The translations under genes and the position numbers were made by a program. A stretch of 64,000 nucleotides of DNA from NCBI GenBank assembly GCA_964593885.1, contig CAZQKK010000002.1:11997-75996 (forward strand), in the 5' to 3' direction. This document shows, piece after piece, positions 18,031-26,977 of this stretch. The first letter of the stretch is position 1; the number at the start of each line of letters is the position of its first letter. Below the pieces are notes generated by a model. That model had not been told where the DNA came from. It saw nothing but the letters and a program-made list of their open reading frames with translations, and made no database searches. Source of the DNA: an uncultured Candidatus Saccharibacteria bacterium. GTDB taxonomy: Bacteria > Patescibacteriota > UBA1384 > CAILIB01.

Positions 18031-19119
18031 ATGGAACGAAGTACCCGTGTAGTTGCAATTGTCGTGGTGAGCCTCGGCCTCATTACCACACTTGTTGTTG
18101 CGGTGAAGGGGCGAAACAGCGATCCGGTTTCGGCTGAGGTTGCGCTAGCTACACCCACCCCCACGTTCACTCCAACCCCAAGTCCTTCGCCTACCCCACC
18201 GGTGAGCACCAAGTCCGCCACCCTCCTCTTTGGTGGCGATGTGATGCTGGGGCGAACGGTTGAGCAGCGAATGGATGCGCGCGGGGCAACCTGGCCTTTC
18301 AGTAGTATCGCCTCAACTATGAAGGCCTCAGACTACACGGTGGTAAACCTTGAATCACCATTCAAGGAAGATCACGCTACCACCCCTATCAACTCTCTCG
18401 TCTTGCGGGGTGATCCAAAAGGTATCGCTGGGCTCACGCTTGCTGGAATTGACCTGGTGAGCCTCGCCAACAATCACATCACCGACATGGGGAAGGTAGG
18501 TTTGGCTGAAACTGAGACTATCCTGGGTGACGCGAAGATCTCGCACACCGGAGCTGGGAGCAGCAAGGCCGCGGCAGAGGTACCTGTGATTGCCGATATC
18601 AAAGGGTTAAAGGTGGGGTTTATCAGTGCCGCCTATGGGGTGAACTTTGGTAGTCCCGGCGTCTACTACAACACGGCGACAGCTGCGTGGGTAACCGAGC
18701 AGGTTGCAGCGCTACGACAAAAGACGGATGCGGTTGTTTTCCTCTGCCACTGTGGTACTGAGTATGCGGCAGGCGCCAACGCCATGCAAAAGGAGGTCTC
18801 ACACGCCGCCATTGATGCAGGTGCTAGCCTCGTTATTGGCCACCACCCTCACGTACCTCAGCCGGTTGAGGCCTACAAGAACGGGTTGATTATCTACAGC
18901 CTTGGAAACTTGGTCTTCGATCAGCTCCAGAGTGGGAACCGTAACGTTTCGGCTCTTGCAGAAGTGAAGCTCACGGGTGCAAACGTGGTGAGCCTCAAGC
19001 TCGTGCCATACCAAATCTTTGAGTACGGGCAGCCTCGCCTCACCACCGATACGGCAGCTAAAGATGCCGTCTGGAAACTCTTCAACCTACCTGGTGGCGT
19101 CTGGTCACCTACAACGTAA
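18031..19119 (+). CDS. CapA/PgsA-family metallophosphatase (poly-gamma-glutamate capsule biosynthesis protein-like), membrane anchored with PT-rich linker
   Basis: N-terminal TM anchor and a TPTPTFTPTPSPSPTPP linker. LLFGGDVMLGR and GHHPHVPQP are characteristic CapA/PGA_cap blocks. Confidence 0.8.
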   Translation: MERSTRVVAIVVVSLGLITTLVVAVKGRNSDPVSAEVALATPTPTFTPTPSPSPTPPVSTKSATLLFGGDVMLGRTVEQRMDARGATWPFSSIASTMKASDYTVVNLESPFKEDHATTPINSLVLRGDPKGIAGLTLAGIDLVSLANNHITDMGKVGLAETETILGDAKISHTGAGSSKAAAEVPVIADIKGLKVGFISAAYGVNFGSPGVYYNTATAAWVTEQVAALRQKTDAVVFLCHCGTEYAAGANAMQKEVSHAAIDAGASLVIGHHPHVPQPVEAYKNGLIIYSLGNLVFDQLQSGNRNVSALAEVKLTGANVVSLKLVPYQIFEYGQPRLTTDTAAKDAVWKLFNLPGGVWSPTT

Positions 19120-19128
19120 CACCATCAC

Positions 19129-19302
19129 ATGCCCTCAAAAGCTGCAATTTGGATTGGTCTGACCATTGGTTCTTGGATGGGTGCCTACATCCCAACCTTC
19201 TTTGGCGCTGATATGCTCTCAGGCTGGTCTATTGTGTTCTCAGCTCTAGGAGCTTTTGCTGGAATGTACGTAGGCTACAAGCTCTCTGAAGGTTACTTTT
19301 AA
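19129..19302 (+). CDS. small two-TM membrane protein (57 aa), not in ORF track
   Basis: ATG lies 10 nt after the CapA stop. MPSKAAIWIGLTIGSWMGAYIPTFFGADMLSGWSIVFSALGAFAGMYVGYKLSEGYF, with a clean stop at 19300-19302. Confidence 0.5.
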   Translation: MPSKAAIWIGLTIGSWMGAYIPTFFGADMLSGWSIVFSALGAFAGMYVGYKLSEGYF

Positions 19303-19358
19303 CTATCTTTTGGGTTACCGCCTGAAGTACCATAGGAGTACTACTAGCTGTAACCTGC

Positions 19359-20039
19359 ATGCCAAAAACTATTATTGAACTGCGAGACGTCAGTAAGACG
19401 TACAAGCTGGGTGACGAGGTGGTGAATGCCCTCGATCACGTGGATTTTGAGGTTGAGGAGGGGGCTTTCATCGCAATCATGGGACCATCTGGCTCGGGTA
19501 AGTCTACCCTCGCCAACATTATTGGAGGATTAGACGCTCCAAGTGGTGGGAGTGTAATTGTTGATGGAGAAGATCTCTCCAAGGTGAGTGATGTCACACT
19601 CTCGGGCTACCGCAACAAGCACATTGGGTTCGTCTTCCAGTCATTCAACCTGCAGCCAAACTACACAGCGCTTGAGAACGTGATGCTCCCACTGGTTCTT
19701 GGAAAGATGGGAACTAAGGAGCGAAGCCAGCGCGCAGAAGCCTGTCTCAAGACAGTGGGACTAGAATCTCGGATGCGCCACGTGCCAACTCAGCTCTCTG
19801 GTGGGCAGCGTCAGCGTGTGGCAATTGCCAGGGCTCTCGCCAACAGCCCAAAGATTATCATCGCCGATGAGCCAACGGGGAACCTGGACTCGCAGAAAGG
19901 TGAGGAGATTATGGGAGTCCTCAAAGATCTCAACAAGCAGGGGATTACCCTCATCATCATCACCCACGATCCAAACGTCGCTAAGCACGCCCACCGGGTG
20001 CTCTCAATTACCGACGGCAAAATTCACGAACACCGATGA
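19359..20039 (+). CDS. ABC transporter ATP-binding protein (MacB-type)
   Basis: Walker [10 protein letters not shown], signature [15 protein letters not shown] and Walker B IIADEPTGNLD. Confidence 0.9.
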   Translation: MPKTIIELRDVSKTYKLGDEVVNALDHVDFEVEEGAFIAIMGPSGSGKSTLANIIGGLDAPSGGSVIVDGEDLSKVSDVTLSGYRNKHIGFVFQSFNLQPNYTALENVMLPLVLGKMGTKERSQRAEACLKTVGLESRMRHVPTQLSGGQRQRVAIARALANSPKIIIADEPTGNLDSQKGEEIMGVLKDLNKQGITLIIITHDPNVAKHAHRVLSITDGKIHEHR

Positions 20040-21454
20040 AACTCCTAGACTACTTCCGCTTCGGCCTCAAGAACATTTGGCGCCAGAAAGCCCGAACCAT
20101 TTTGACTATTTTCGCCATCATGATTGGTGCAACCTCGGTGGTTGCCATGCTTACCATTGTTGTAACTGCCAAGGCTTTGATTGTGGGGCAAATCCAGAGT
20201 GCAGGAGCCCTCACGCTCATTAGTATCTCGTCTAACACCGACATGCGAAGTGACGATCCTTTCAACACCTACGGGGGGAGCGATACCGGTGTGAAACTCC
20301 TAGATGAAACGGTGACCGAAATAAAGCAGATTCCCCACGTCAAATCGGCAGAGCCAATTTTGGGTGCTTGGCAGCTTCGCACCGCAAACATAGCTGGCAG
20401 CGAGAAGAAGGTTACCTTTGACCAGATTAGTGGAATCAACCCGGTACCTCAGAACGAGAAAGAGATGGCAGCGGGGAGAAACTTCACCAGTGCCGATACG
20501 AAGAGCGTGATTATTGGTGGAAGGTACCTTGAGAGCTTGGGGTACAAGGGTGATCCTTCAGGTATTATCGGCAAAACTCTGGTGTTCCAGGTAAAAGGGT
20601 ATACCGGCGAGGGGGCAGAGCCGCCAAAGCCAACCATGAGCGCGGATGGAAAGATGGGTGGGAATGATAAAGATAGCCAAGAGAAGGTGGTTACTCTTGA
20701 GGGAAAGGTGGTGGGGGTAATGGCATCATCGCTCTACGACAACCAGGTGTTCGTCCCAATGTCCTGGGCACGCCAGCTTCAGGTGAACAAGCGCTGGGAG
20801 TTCAAACAGGCGGCAAACCAAAATCAGAACCAAAACCAGAAGCAGGGACCAAGCCAGCCTTCTGGCGAGTTTGTTCTGGTTTCTGAGGATAACTTCCCGA
20901 GGATGGGGTACTCAGCTATCCAGGCCTACGCTGACGACACCACACAGGTTGCGGGTATCGCAGAAAAGGTGAAGGAGAAGAAGCTTGGAGCCGCAACGGC
21001 ACAGGAGATGATCGACCAAATCCAGAAGATGCTCAACCTCCTCGGGCTTGCACTCGGTGCTGTTGGCGCCATTTCGCTCAGTGTGGCAGCAATTGGGGTG
21101 ATCAACACCATGGTGATGGCTACGCTTGAGCGAACCCGCGAGATCGGCGTACTCCGCGCCTGTGGTGCAACCAGGTCTACGATTAGACGACTCTTCACCT
21201 TTGAGGCCTCGATGCTTGGGTTCTGGGGAGGGGTGTTTGGGGTGGGAGTAGCCTACGCGGTGGTGATGCTGGCGCGTATCTTTGGGACCAGTATCCTAGC
21301 TGAACAGGGATTGCAGGCTAGCCTCATTCAAATTCCAATCTGGCTTGCCCTCGCTACCATTGGGGTTACCACGGTGATTGGCACCCTCGCTGGCCTCCTG
21401 CCAGCCATCAGGGCTTCCAGGATGAACCCAGTAGAGGCGCTGCGGTACGAATAG
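20036..21454 (+). CDS. ABC transporter permease, FtsX/MacB-like with large extracytoplasmic domain containing NQ-repeat
   Basis: N-terminal TM, a roughly 300-aa external domain including NQNQNQNQKQG low complexity, and a C-terminal FtsX-like 3-TM segment with RTREIGVLRACGA. Confidence 0.85.
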   Translation: MKLLDYFRFGLKNIWRQKARTILTIFAIMIGATSVVAMLTIVVTAKALIVGQIQSAGALTLISISSNTDMRSDDPFNTYGGSDTGVKLLDETVTEIKQIPHVKSAEPILGAWQLRTANIAGSEKKVTFDQISGINPVPQNEKEMAAGRNFTSADTKSVIIGGRYLESLGYKGDPSGIIGKTLVFQVKGYTGEGAEPPKPTMSADGKMGGNDKDSQEKVVTLEGKVVGVMASSLYDNQVFVPMSWARQLQVNKRWEFKQAANQNQNQNQKQGPSQPSGEFVLVSEDNFPRMGYSAIQAYADDTTQVAGIAEKVKEKKLGAATAQEMIDQIQKMLNLLGLALGAVGAISLSVAAIGVINTMVMATLERTREIGVLRACGATRSTIRRLFTFEASMLGFWGGVFGVGVAYAVVMLARIFGTSILAEQGLQASLIQIPIWLALATIGVTTVIGTLAGLLPAIRASRMNPVEALRYE

Positions 21455-21751
21455 CTAGCTGGCGGGGAAGTTTTCTTGTAGTTTCGCCGCAAGCTCACGG
21501 GGCGAAGTGGTGTAGAACCGTAGCTCTTGGATTGAGATCCCACCTCTGACGGTGAGCTTGAGACAGGCTGGTTCACTGAGGTCGTACTTGATCCGGTGGA
21601 GGTTGGTGCCATTACCCTTAATGGACCTAATAAACCCGAGCGAAATCTTGCTCACCTCGGGGAGGGAGTTTGCTTTTTTCACAATACCCTCGGCCGCACT
21701 AATGAGGGTGCTGTGGGATGTACTGAACTTTCCGCCGCTGTAGCTACCCAT
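21455..21751 (-). CDS. hypothetical small protein (about 98 aa) coupled to GIY-YIG gene
   Basis: An internal ATG overlaps the GIY-YIG stop by 8 nt. The upstream part of the tracked 166-aa ORF is low-complexity and overlaps the GIY-YIG gene in another frame, so the shorter form is preferred. Confidence 0.4.
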   Translation of the reverse strand: MGSYSGGKFSTSHSTLISAAEGIVKKANSLPEVSKISLGFIRSIKGNGTNLHRIKYDLSEPACLKLTVRGGISIQELRFYTTSPRELAAKLQENFPAS

Positions 21752-21989
21752 TGGCGAGAGCTTGTTTTTGGGTGTGTGTGAGCTTCCGTAGGACGTACTC
21801 GCGCTGCTGGGCGCTCGACCTGTCAGGATGCGGTTCTTGGTAGGCCAGCTGTACTGGCCTGCGAGCTTTGGTGTAGGCTGCACCCTTTTGCGAGGTATTG
21901 TGTTCGGCAAGCCTTCGCTCCATGTCAGTGGTAACACCGGTGTAAAAGGTGCCATCTGAACAGCGGAGGAGGTAGACGATATAGTTCAC
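21744..21989 (-). CDS. GIY-YIG nuclease domain protein (stand-alone, UPF0213-like)
   Basis: NYIVYLLRCSDGTFYTGVTTDMERRLAEHN is the canonical GIY-YIG motif with conserved Arg/Glu/His. GTG start abuts the esterase stop. Confidence 0.8.
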   Translation of the reverse strand: MNYIVYLLRCSDGTFYTGVTTDMERRLAEHNTSQKGAAYTKARRPVQLAYQEPHPDRSSAQQREYVLRKLTHTQKQALANG

Positions 21990-22910
21990 CTAGAGGGCAG
22001 CGTCTAGGAGACTGAGAGCTTGCTTGGGTAGCCCAAGGCTGGACATGTGGAAGGCGCCGTGTCCGCCGTTAAGATCAGTAACCGTACCAACTACATTAGC
22101 ACCATGTGAGGTAAGGAAGGTTGAGGTTTCGGCCATTCCGGGGCAGCCGTCTCGGTCTGGGTTATCATCCTTACCACCACAGGCGAGCACCCAAGGGATG
22201 TTCTTGAAGGCAGCGGTGATCTCGGCGTCTGTGGGAGTCTTCGAAGCGAGAGGAAAGTCTGACTGGTACTTTCCTGCATTTGAGATGACCGCGTCAAACA
22301 CCGGGGCTCCTTTCAGGTGGTCTTGGAAAATGACCGCGTAGGTGTTGGCACTCCCACGTGAGAAGCCGTGGAGGATTACCGTATCGCCAGATTTGTAGCC
22401 TTGCTGATTGAGGAAGGCTCTAGCCTGCATCACCACATCTGAAGGCTGGTAGTAGTTGGTGGTTTTTTCGCCACCACCATCCCACCAGTTGAACTCAGCG
22501 AGGGCAAAATCTCCTGACAGGTGGTTTTTCCACGCAACGTAGCCATCATCTGCGGTGGTGCCGTGACCAGGGAGCGAGATGATGATCTTCTTGGTGGTTT
22601 TGTTGTTCTGCCCAGCTGGTGCACCGTAGATGAAATAGGTTTTGCTATCGGCGCTGGTTACCTTTGTAGGGCTTGTGAGGGTATTAGCAGAGTCAGCGGC
22701 TTTGGTTGGCGTAGGAGTTGGACTTGGAGTAGGTGTTGGTGTGGGCGAAGGAGAAGCCTTGGCGGAAGGTGTTGAAGTAGCGGTTGGGGTGGGGGTGACT
22801 TCAGAAACTGCTTTTGGTGATCTCACCAGGAAGTAGGCTGCCGTTGCGAGAACTGCAACAATTGCAACGGCAATAGCGGCGGCACGGAGGGGTTGCGGGT
22901 GTGGTTCCAT
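21990..22910 (-). CDS. alpha/beta-hydrolase fold esterase (PHB depolymerase/feruloyl esterase-like) with N-terminal anchor and PT-rich linker
   Basis: N-terminal TM, a PTPTPTPSPTPTPT linker and a GFSRG nucleophile elbow (GxSxG). Confidence 0.7.
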   Translation of the reverse strand: MEPHPQPLRAAAIAVAIVAVLATAAYFLVRSPKAVSEVTPTPTATSTPSAKASPSPTPTPTPSPTPTPTKAADSANTLTSPTKVTSADSKTYFIYGAPAGQNNKTTKKIIISLPGHGTTADDGYVAWKNHLSGDFALAEFNWWDGGGEKTTNYYQPSDVVMQARAFLNQQGYKSGDTVILHGFSRGSANTYAVIFQDHLKGAPVFDAVISNAGKYQSDFPLASKTPTDAEITAAFKNIPWVLACGGKDDNPDRDGCPGMAETSTFLTSHGANVVGTVTDLNGGHGAFHMSSLGLPKQALSLLDAAL

Positions 22911-23005
22911 GGGTGTGTTGGTACTGATAAGTCTATTCTATGCCCGAACATTGTCTGTCACAACTGTTACTTGTGGCATCTCTAGAGAAAACCTAGACTA
23001 AACGT

Positions 23006-23539
23006 ATGCAGTATGTAGCCCTCCTTCGCGGTATCAATGTTGGTGGCAACGCAAAGGTCTCCATGGCGCTCTTGAAGCAAACCTTTGAGAGGGTTGGCTT
23101 TACCGATGTCAAAACCTACATCAACTCAGGGAATGTCATCTTTTCATCTCCTGAAAGTGCTGCAAGTGAAATGTGTGAAACTATTGAATCAGCCATCGCT
23201 TCAGATTTTGGTTTCAAGGTACCTGTGGTTGTGAGGAGCGTTACTTCGCTCCAAGAGATTGTCACTAAAACTCCAGAAACGTGGCAGAACAACAGTGAGA
23301 TGAAAACCGATGTGATGTTCCTCTGGGAGGCAGTTGATGCACCGGCAGTCTTGGAACAGCTGAGAATATCTCCTGGTATGGATGAGGTGGTGTACCTGCC
23401 TGGTGCCGTGGTTTGGCGGGTGAACCGAGAACACCAGAGTAAGAGCGGGATGCTGGATATTGTAGGAACCAAGCTTTACAAACAGATGACGGTGAGGAAC
23501 ATCAATACGGTGAGGAAGCTTGTTGAGCTGATGGCGTAG
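23006..23539 (+). CDS. DUF1697 family protein
   Basis: MQYVALLRGINVGGNAKVSMALLKQTF is the hallmark DUF1697 N-terminus. Confidence 0.7.
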   Translation: MQYVALLRGINVGGNAKVSMALLKQTFERVGFTDVKTYINSGNVIFSSPESAASEMCETIESAIASDFGFKVPVVVRSVTSLQEIVTKTPETWQNNSEMKTDVMFLWEAVDAPAVLEQLRISPGMDEVVYLPGAVVWRVNREHQSKSGMLDIVGTKLYKQMTVRNINTVRKLVELMA

Positions 23540-23578
23540 CACCTACCTTTTTGAGGTGGTTTCTGCTATAAGGAACCC

Positions 23579-24451
23579 ATGGCTTTCACAGGAGGACCTT
23601 TACTTATTGCAGAACCATGGTGCCTCACTCTGAAAGGAGAGTGGCAAGCATGGCAGGAAACATTACCGGGAGACATTTCCCGGGTACACAGCATGGCGCC
23701 CATGCTCGCTACGGCGAGTGAAGCGCTACAGCACTGGAACACGCCAGATAACGTGCAGTTCAGGGCAATTGTCTTTGAGTGCATGCGCGCGTTCAGCTTC
23801 GACAACTATGAAGAAGCAATACTCGCCACCGACGGCACCCACTGGCCGATCTGGGAGATTGGCATGGATACCTGGCTTGGGAAGCGGATGGCATCAACCA
23901 TCTTTGCTCTCCGACAGGTTAGGAAAATGCTCACTGCCGGGAAACTAGTACAGCCTCTCGAAGAAGATGAAGTAGCCGCAGAGGTGCTCACCCTAGAGCA
24001 GGGAGTGCGAGATGACTACGCCAGCTTGCTTGGAGAAGACTACCGCGATAGCCGCAACCTTCCCACACTGCTCAATGGCATCATTGAGGTGTGCGAAGCT
24101 TCCATGCTTCCCTGCAGTGTGAAGTACATGCACCTGCTCCTCGGTCAGGTGAGGCAGCACAGCAAGTGGGGCAAATCAACGCTTGAGGATCATGCGTACG
24201 TACCAGCGGGTACCTTCGCCAAGCTTTTCCACCCGCTCAACCTTGAGCGTTGGGATAGGGGTGAGGAAGGCTTTGACCTCGCCGATAGATTTATCTACGG
24301 CGTGGTAGAGCGAACCCTTGAGGGCGCTGGAAAGCACCTCGTGGAGTGCCACAGGGTTGTGTCGGAAATGGCTGATGACGACTATCCCTTCTGCTCAGCA
24401 GTTGTGGTGAGGGAAGCACTTGCTGAAGTGCTCTCTCCCAAGTTCAGATGA
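23579..24451 (+). CDS. hypothetical protein
   Basis: 290-aa ORF with no recognisable domain, followed by a strong terminator. Confidence 0.5.
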   Translation: MAFTGGPLLIAEPWCLTLKGEWQAWQETLPGDISRVHSMAPMLATASEALQHWNTPDNVQFRAIVFECMRAFSFDNYEEAILATDGTHWPIWEIGMDTWLGKRMASTIFALRQVRKMLTAGKLVQPLEEDEVAAEVLTLEQGVRDDYASLLGEDYRDSRNLPTLLNGIIEVCEASMLPCSVKYMHLLLGQVRQHSKWGKSTLEDHAYVPAGTFAKLFHPLNLERWDRGEEGFDLADRFIYGVVERTLEGAGKHLVECHRVVSEMADDDYPFCSAVVVREALAEVLSPKFR

Positions 24452-24457
24452 TTCTCA

Positions 24458-24486
24458 AACCACCTTCACCGAGGGTGGTTTTTTCT
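24458..24486 (+). terminator. rho-independent terminator (AACCACCTTCACCGAGGGTGGTT + TTTTCT)
   Basis: Perfect 8-bp stem and a T-run. The T-run overlaps the stop of the convergent heliorhodopsin gene. Confidence 0.7.
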
Positions 24487-25241
24487 TACGGCCTCAATGT
24501 GCCGGCGAATACCTGCCAAGCCAAGAGTGACTTCGCTACTAAGCTCAAGATGATGTACGCGCGCTCACCGTAGAGGTAGTCCTTCCACTTGCCAACCTTC
24601 TTGTACTGGAGCCACATGTTGATAGCGAAGGTGTTAAAGAAGATGAAGATTGAGACAAAGATCCAGTAGACAAAGGTAGGGGCACTACTGCCGTTAGCCG
24701 ATCCTGTCCAGAGGTAGAGGGCAACCACCACCCATGGAAGGGCACCGAGAATGCAGCCAATCCAGTACGAGAGCCAGTCGGTGGTCTTGGTGGTCTGGTT
24801 GTGTACCTCCATCACGAGACCCATGAGGTTCATACCTGCGGTGAGGCCAAATATCATGATAAGGCTGCTCACATCGTAGATGCCTACCAGGAGCGAGATA
24901 GCCACCATCATCACACTTGCCGACAGGGAGTACTCAAACCAGCGCGCCTTGTTCATCCCTTTTGCAAGGTTTGCCTCGTAGGTTTTGCGGTAAGTTGTTG
25001 CAATCACCAGGTGGAAGATTGCTGACAAGCAGAAGAAACCTGCAATGAGGGTTGGGAGTGACAGGTTGAAGGCAGCTGCTGTAGCGGGCTCAAGCGTCTG
25101 GCTACTCGGGTTGAACTTCAGGAAGCTGTTGGTGAGGGGGAGCGAAAAACTCTTACTGAGGGCAATGACTGCCAAGCCTTGGAGGGCGTGGAGCAAGCTC
25201 ATCACCAAGTTGAAGTTCTTGAGTTTAGTAAACTTATCCAT
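24486..25241 (-). CDS. heliorhodopsin (7-TM retinal-binding protein with inverted topology)
   Basis: 251 aa. Blocks RWFEYSLSASVMMVAISLL, IFGLTAG and YLYGERAYIILSLVAKSLLAWQVFAGTLRP align closely to the reference heliorhodopsin 48C12 (RWVEYSLSSSVMIVLIAQI...YLRGERAYIVLSLVAKSALAWQIFSGTLIP). The Schiff-base Lys (SLVAKS) is present in TM7. Confidence 0.85.
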   Translation of the reverse strand: MDKFTKLKNFNLVMSLLHALQGLAVIALSKSFSLPLTNSFLKFNPSSQTLEPATAAAFNLSLPTLIAGFFCLSAIFHLVIATTYRKTYEANLAKGMNKARWFEYSLSASVMMVAISLLVGIYDVSSLIMIFGLTAGMNLMGLVMEVHNQTTKTTDWLSYWIGCILGALPWVVVALYLWTGSANGSSAPTFVYWIFVSIFIFFNTFAINMWLQYKKVGKWKDYLYGERAYIILSLVAKSLLAWQVFAGTLRP

Positions 25242-25308
25242 CTGGTTTGTTATGGGTTGCTACATCTAGTCTATGCTGACCGCCCAAGAATATCTATACT
25301 TTGGCGTA

Positions 25309-26300
25309 TGAAGCGTCGCAGCTACCTCCGCGTCATCCTGCCAGTTGTCGGCATAGTGAGTCTCCTTGTAGTTGGCTTTGTGGCAGGGAGGTACCTACCC
25401 ACAAACCTAGTTACACAGAGTGGCCTTACCTGCCAGCGTGAAGCGGGGTATGATCTGATCAATCCTCTCCTCTTTTGTGATCCTGTAGCTGAGGCTGATG
25501 CAAAGCGTTTTGCGAAGCTGAGTACAGAACTCTCAACCTACATTTCAGAGCAGGTTGAGAAGAAAGATGTTGATCAAGTTTCAGTCTTTGTGAGAGATAT
25601 TACCCAACGTGAGGAGTTTGGGATTGGCTCTGATCAGAAGTACTTTCCGGCAAGTCTCGGTAAGCTTCCGGTAATGGTTGCGGTGTACAAGCAAGCAGAG
25701 CGTGATCCTGCATTCCTCAATAGTATCGCCAAGGTAGAACCGACAGACTACAACACTGGGGTTGAGATCCTTCCTTCTGATCCTGTTGCCCCAGGCAGCT
25801 CACATACCGTCAAAACACTCCTTGAAAGTATGATTAAACAGTCGGACAATAACGCTTTCTACGCGCTTGCAAGGGTGATTAGCGAAGATGATTACTATGG
25901 TCTCTTCAGTACCCTAAAGCTACCGTTATCAGATGACAGGAATGCACTAGCTGACATTATTTCGTCACGTGAAGTTTTCAACTACTTCAGGGTGCTCTAC
26001 AATGCCACGTACCTTGAGCGAAGGTTTTCAAAGGAGGCTCTCAGTATGCTCACCGAAACCAACTACAAGCAGGGTCTTGTCGCAACCATACCTGGTGAGG
26101 TGAAGGTATCTCACAAGTTTGCCGTCCATACCCTCAAGCAGGATGAGAAGCTGGTTCAACGTCAGCTCCACGACTGCGGTATCGTGTATAAAGGGGACCA
26201 CCCCTACTTCATATGTGTCATGACGAAGAGTAGTGGGGAGCTTACAGCTGCCGAGGGGGTGATCCAAGAAATTTCTAAGCGGGTATATGAGCAAATCTAG
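25309..26300 (+). CDS. class A beta-lactamase-fold serine hydrolase (membrane anchored)
   Basis: N-terminal TM, an S-x-x-K element (PASLGK) and an SDN loop (SDNNAFYAL). Tracked start 25179 overlaps the divergent heliorhodopsin gene, so the ATG at 25309 is preferred. Confidence 0.65.
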
Positions 26301-26907
26301 TTCGCACCAGGTTACTATCCACAAAGACCTACCTGTCTACAGGTTTCCAAGACCCTCTGATTTTGAGGCCTGGCTTGCTGCCAATTCCGAAAATCCTCAG
26401 GCAATTTGGCTGCAGTTTGCAAAAAAGGTATCCTCGCACACTACCATTACCTACATTGAGGCACGTGATGTAGCCCTCTGTTTTGGTTGGATAGATAGCG
26501 TCATCAACGCGTATGATGCCGATTTCTACCTCACCAAGTTTACCCAGCGTCGCAAGAAGAGCATCTGGTCTCAGGTGAACGTGGGGGTGGTTGGGAGACT
26601 CATCTCAGAAGGGAAAATGAGGCCGCGAGGATTACAGGAAGTGGAGGCAGCCAAAGCTGATGGGAGGTGGGAACAAGCGTATGCACCCCAATCAAGTGCT
26701 GCTATTCCAGATGACCTCCAAACAGCAATTGATGCATCGCCGAAAGCGAAAGCATTCTTTGAGACGCTCACTGGTGCTTCACGCTACGCCCTGTTCTTCA
26801 GAATGAACCACCTCAAAGACCCAGTTAAGCGGGAAGAGAAGATCTCACAGTTTGTTGTAATGCTCGAAAGGGGAGAAGCTCCCCACCTCATAGCTCCTAA
26901 AAAGTAG
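26287..26907 (+). CDS. YdeI/OmpD-associated family protein (DUF1801-related)
   Basis: WLAANSENPQAIWLQFAKK...ARDVALCFGWIDS resembles the YdeI bacteriocin-protection family. Overlaps the upstream stop by 14 nt. Confidence 0.6.
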   Translation: MSKSSSHQVTIHKDLPVYRFPRPSDFEAWLAANSENPQAIWLQFAKKVSSHTTITYIEARDVALCFGWIDSVINAYDADFYLTKFTQRRKKSIWSQVNVGVVGRLISEGKMRPRGLQEVEAAKADGRWEQAYAPQSSAAIPDDLQTAIDASPKAKAFFETLTGASRYALFFRMNHLKDPVKREEKISQFVVMLERGEAPHLIAPKK

Positions 26908-26977
26908 CAACAAGAGCCAAAAATGGCTAGAGTGAGGTTACGTCCACGAAACATGGACATGAGTAGGAAGTGACAGA

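Noticed and set aside
17588-18058. 156-aa minus-strand ORF overlapping the small membrane-protein gene and CapA promoter region
   Set aside because: It is Arg/His/Cys-rich, overlaps a better-supported ORF (17719-17943) and crosses a terminator, so it is likely spurious.
20815-20850. Short tandem repeat (aaccaaaatcagaaccaaaaccagaagcag) considered as a possible CRISPR or other repeat element
   Set aside because: It is an in-frame NQ codon repeat inside the FtsX permease gene. There are no spacers and no cas genes, so it is not a CRISPR array.
21455-21955. Full 166-aa tracked ORF downstream of GIY-YIG
   Set aside because: Its N-terminal 68 residues overlap the GIY-YIG gene out of frame and are low-complexity. 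Only the portion from the internal ATG at 21751 is considered plausible.
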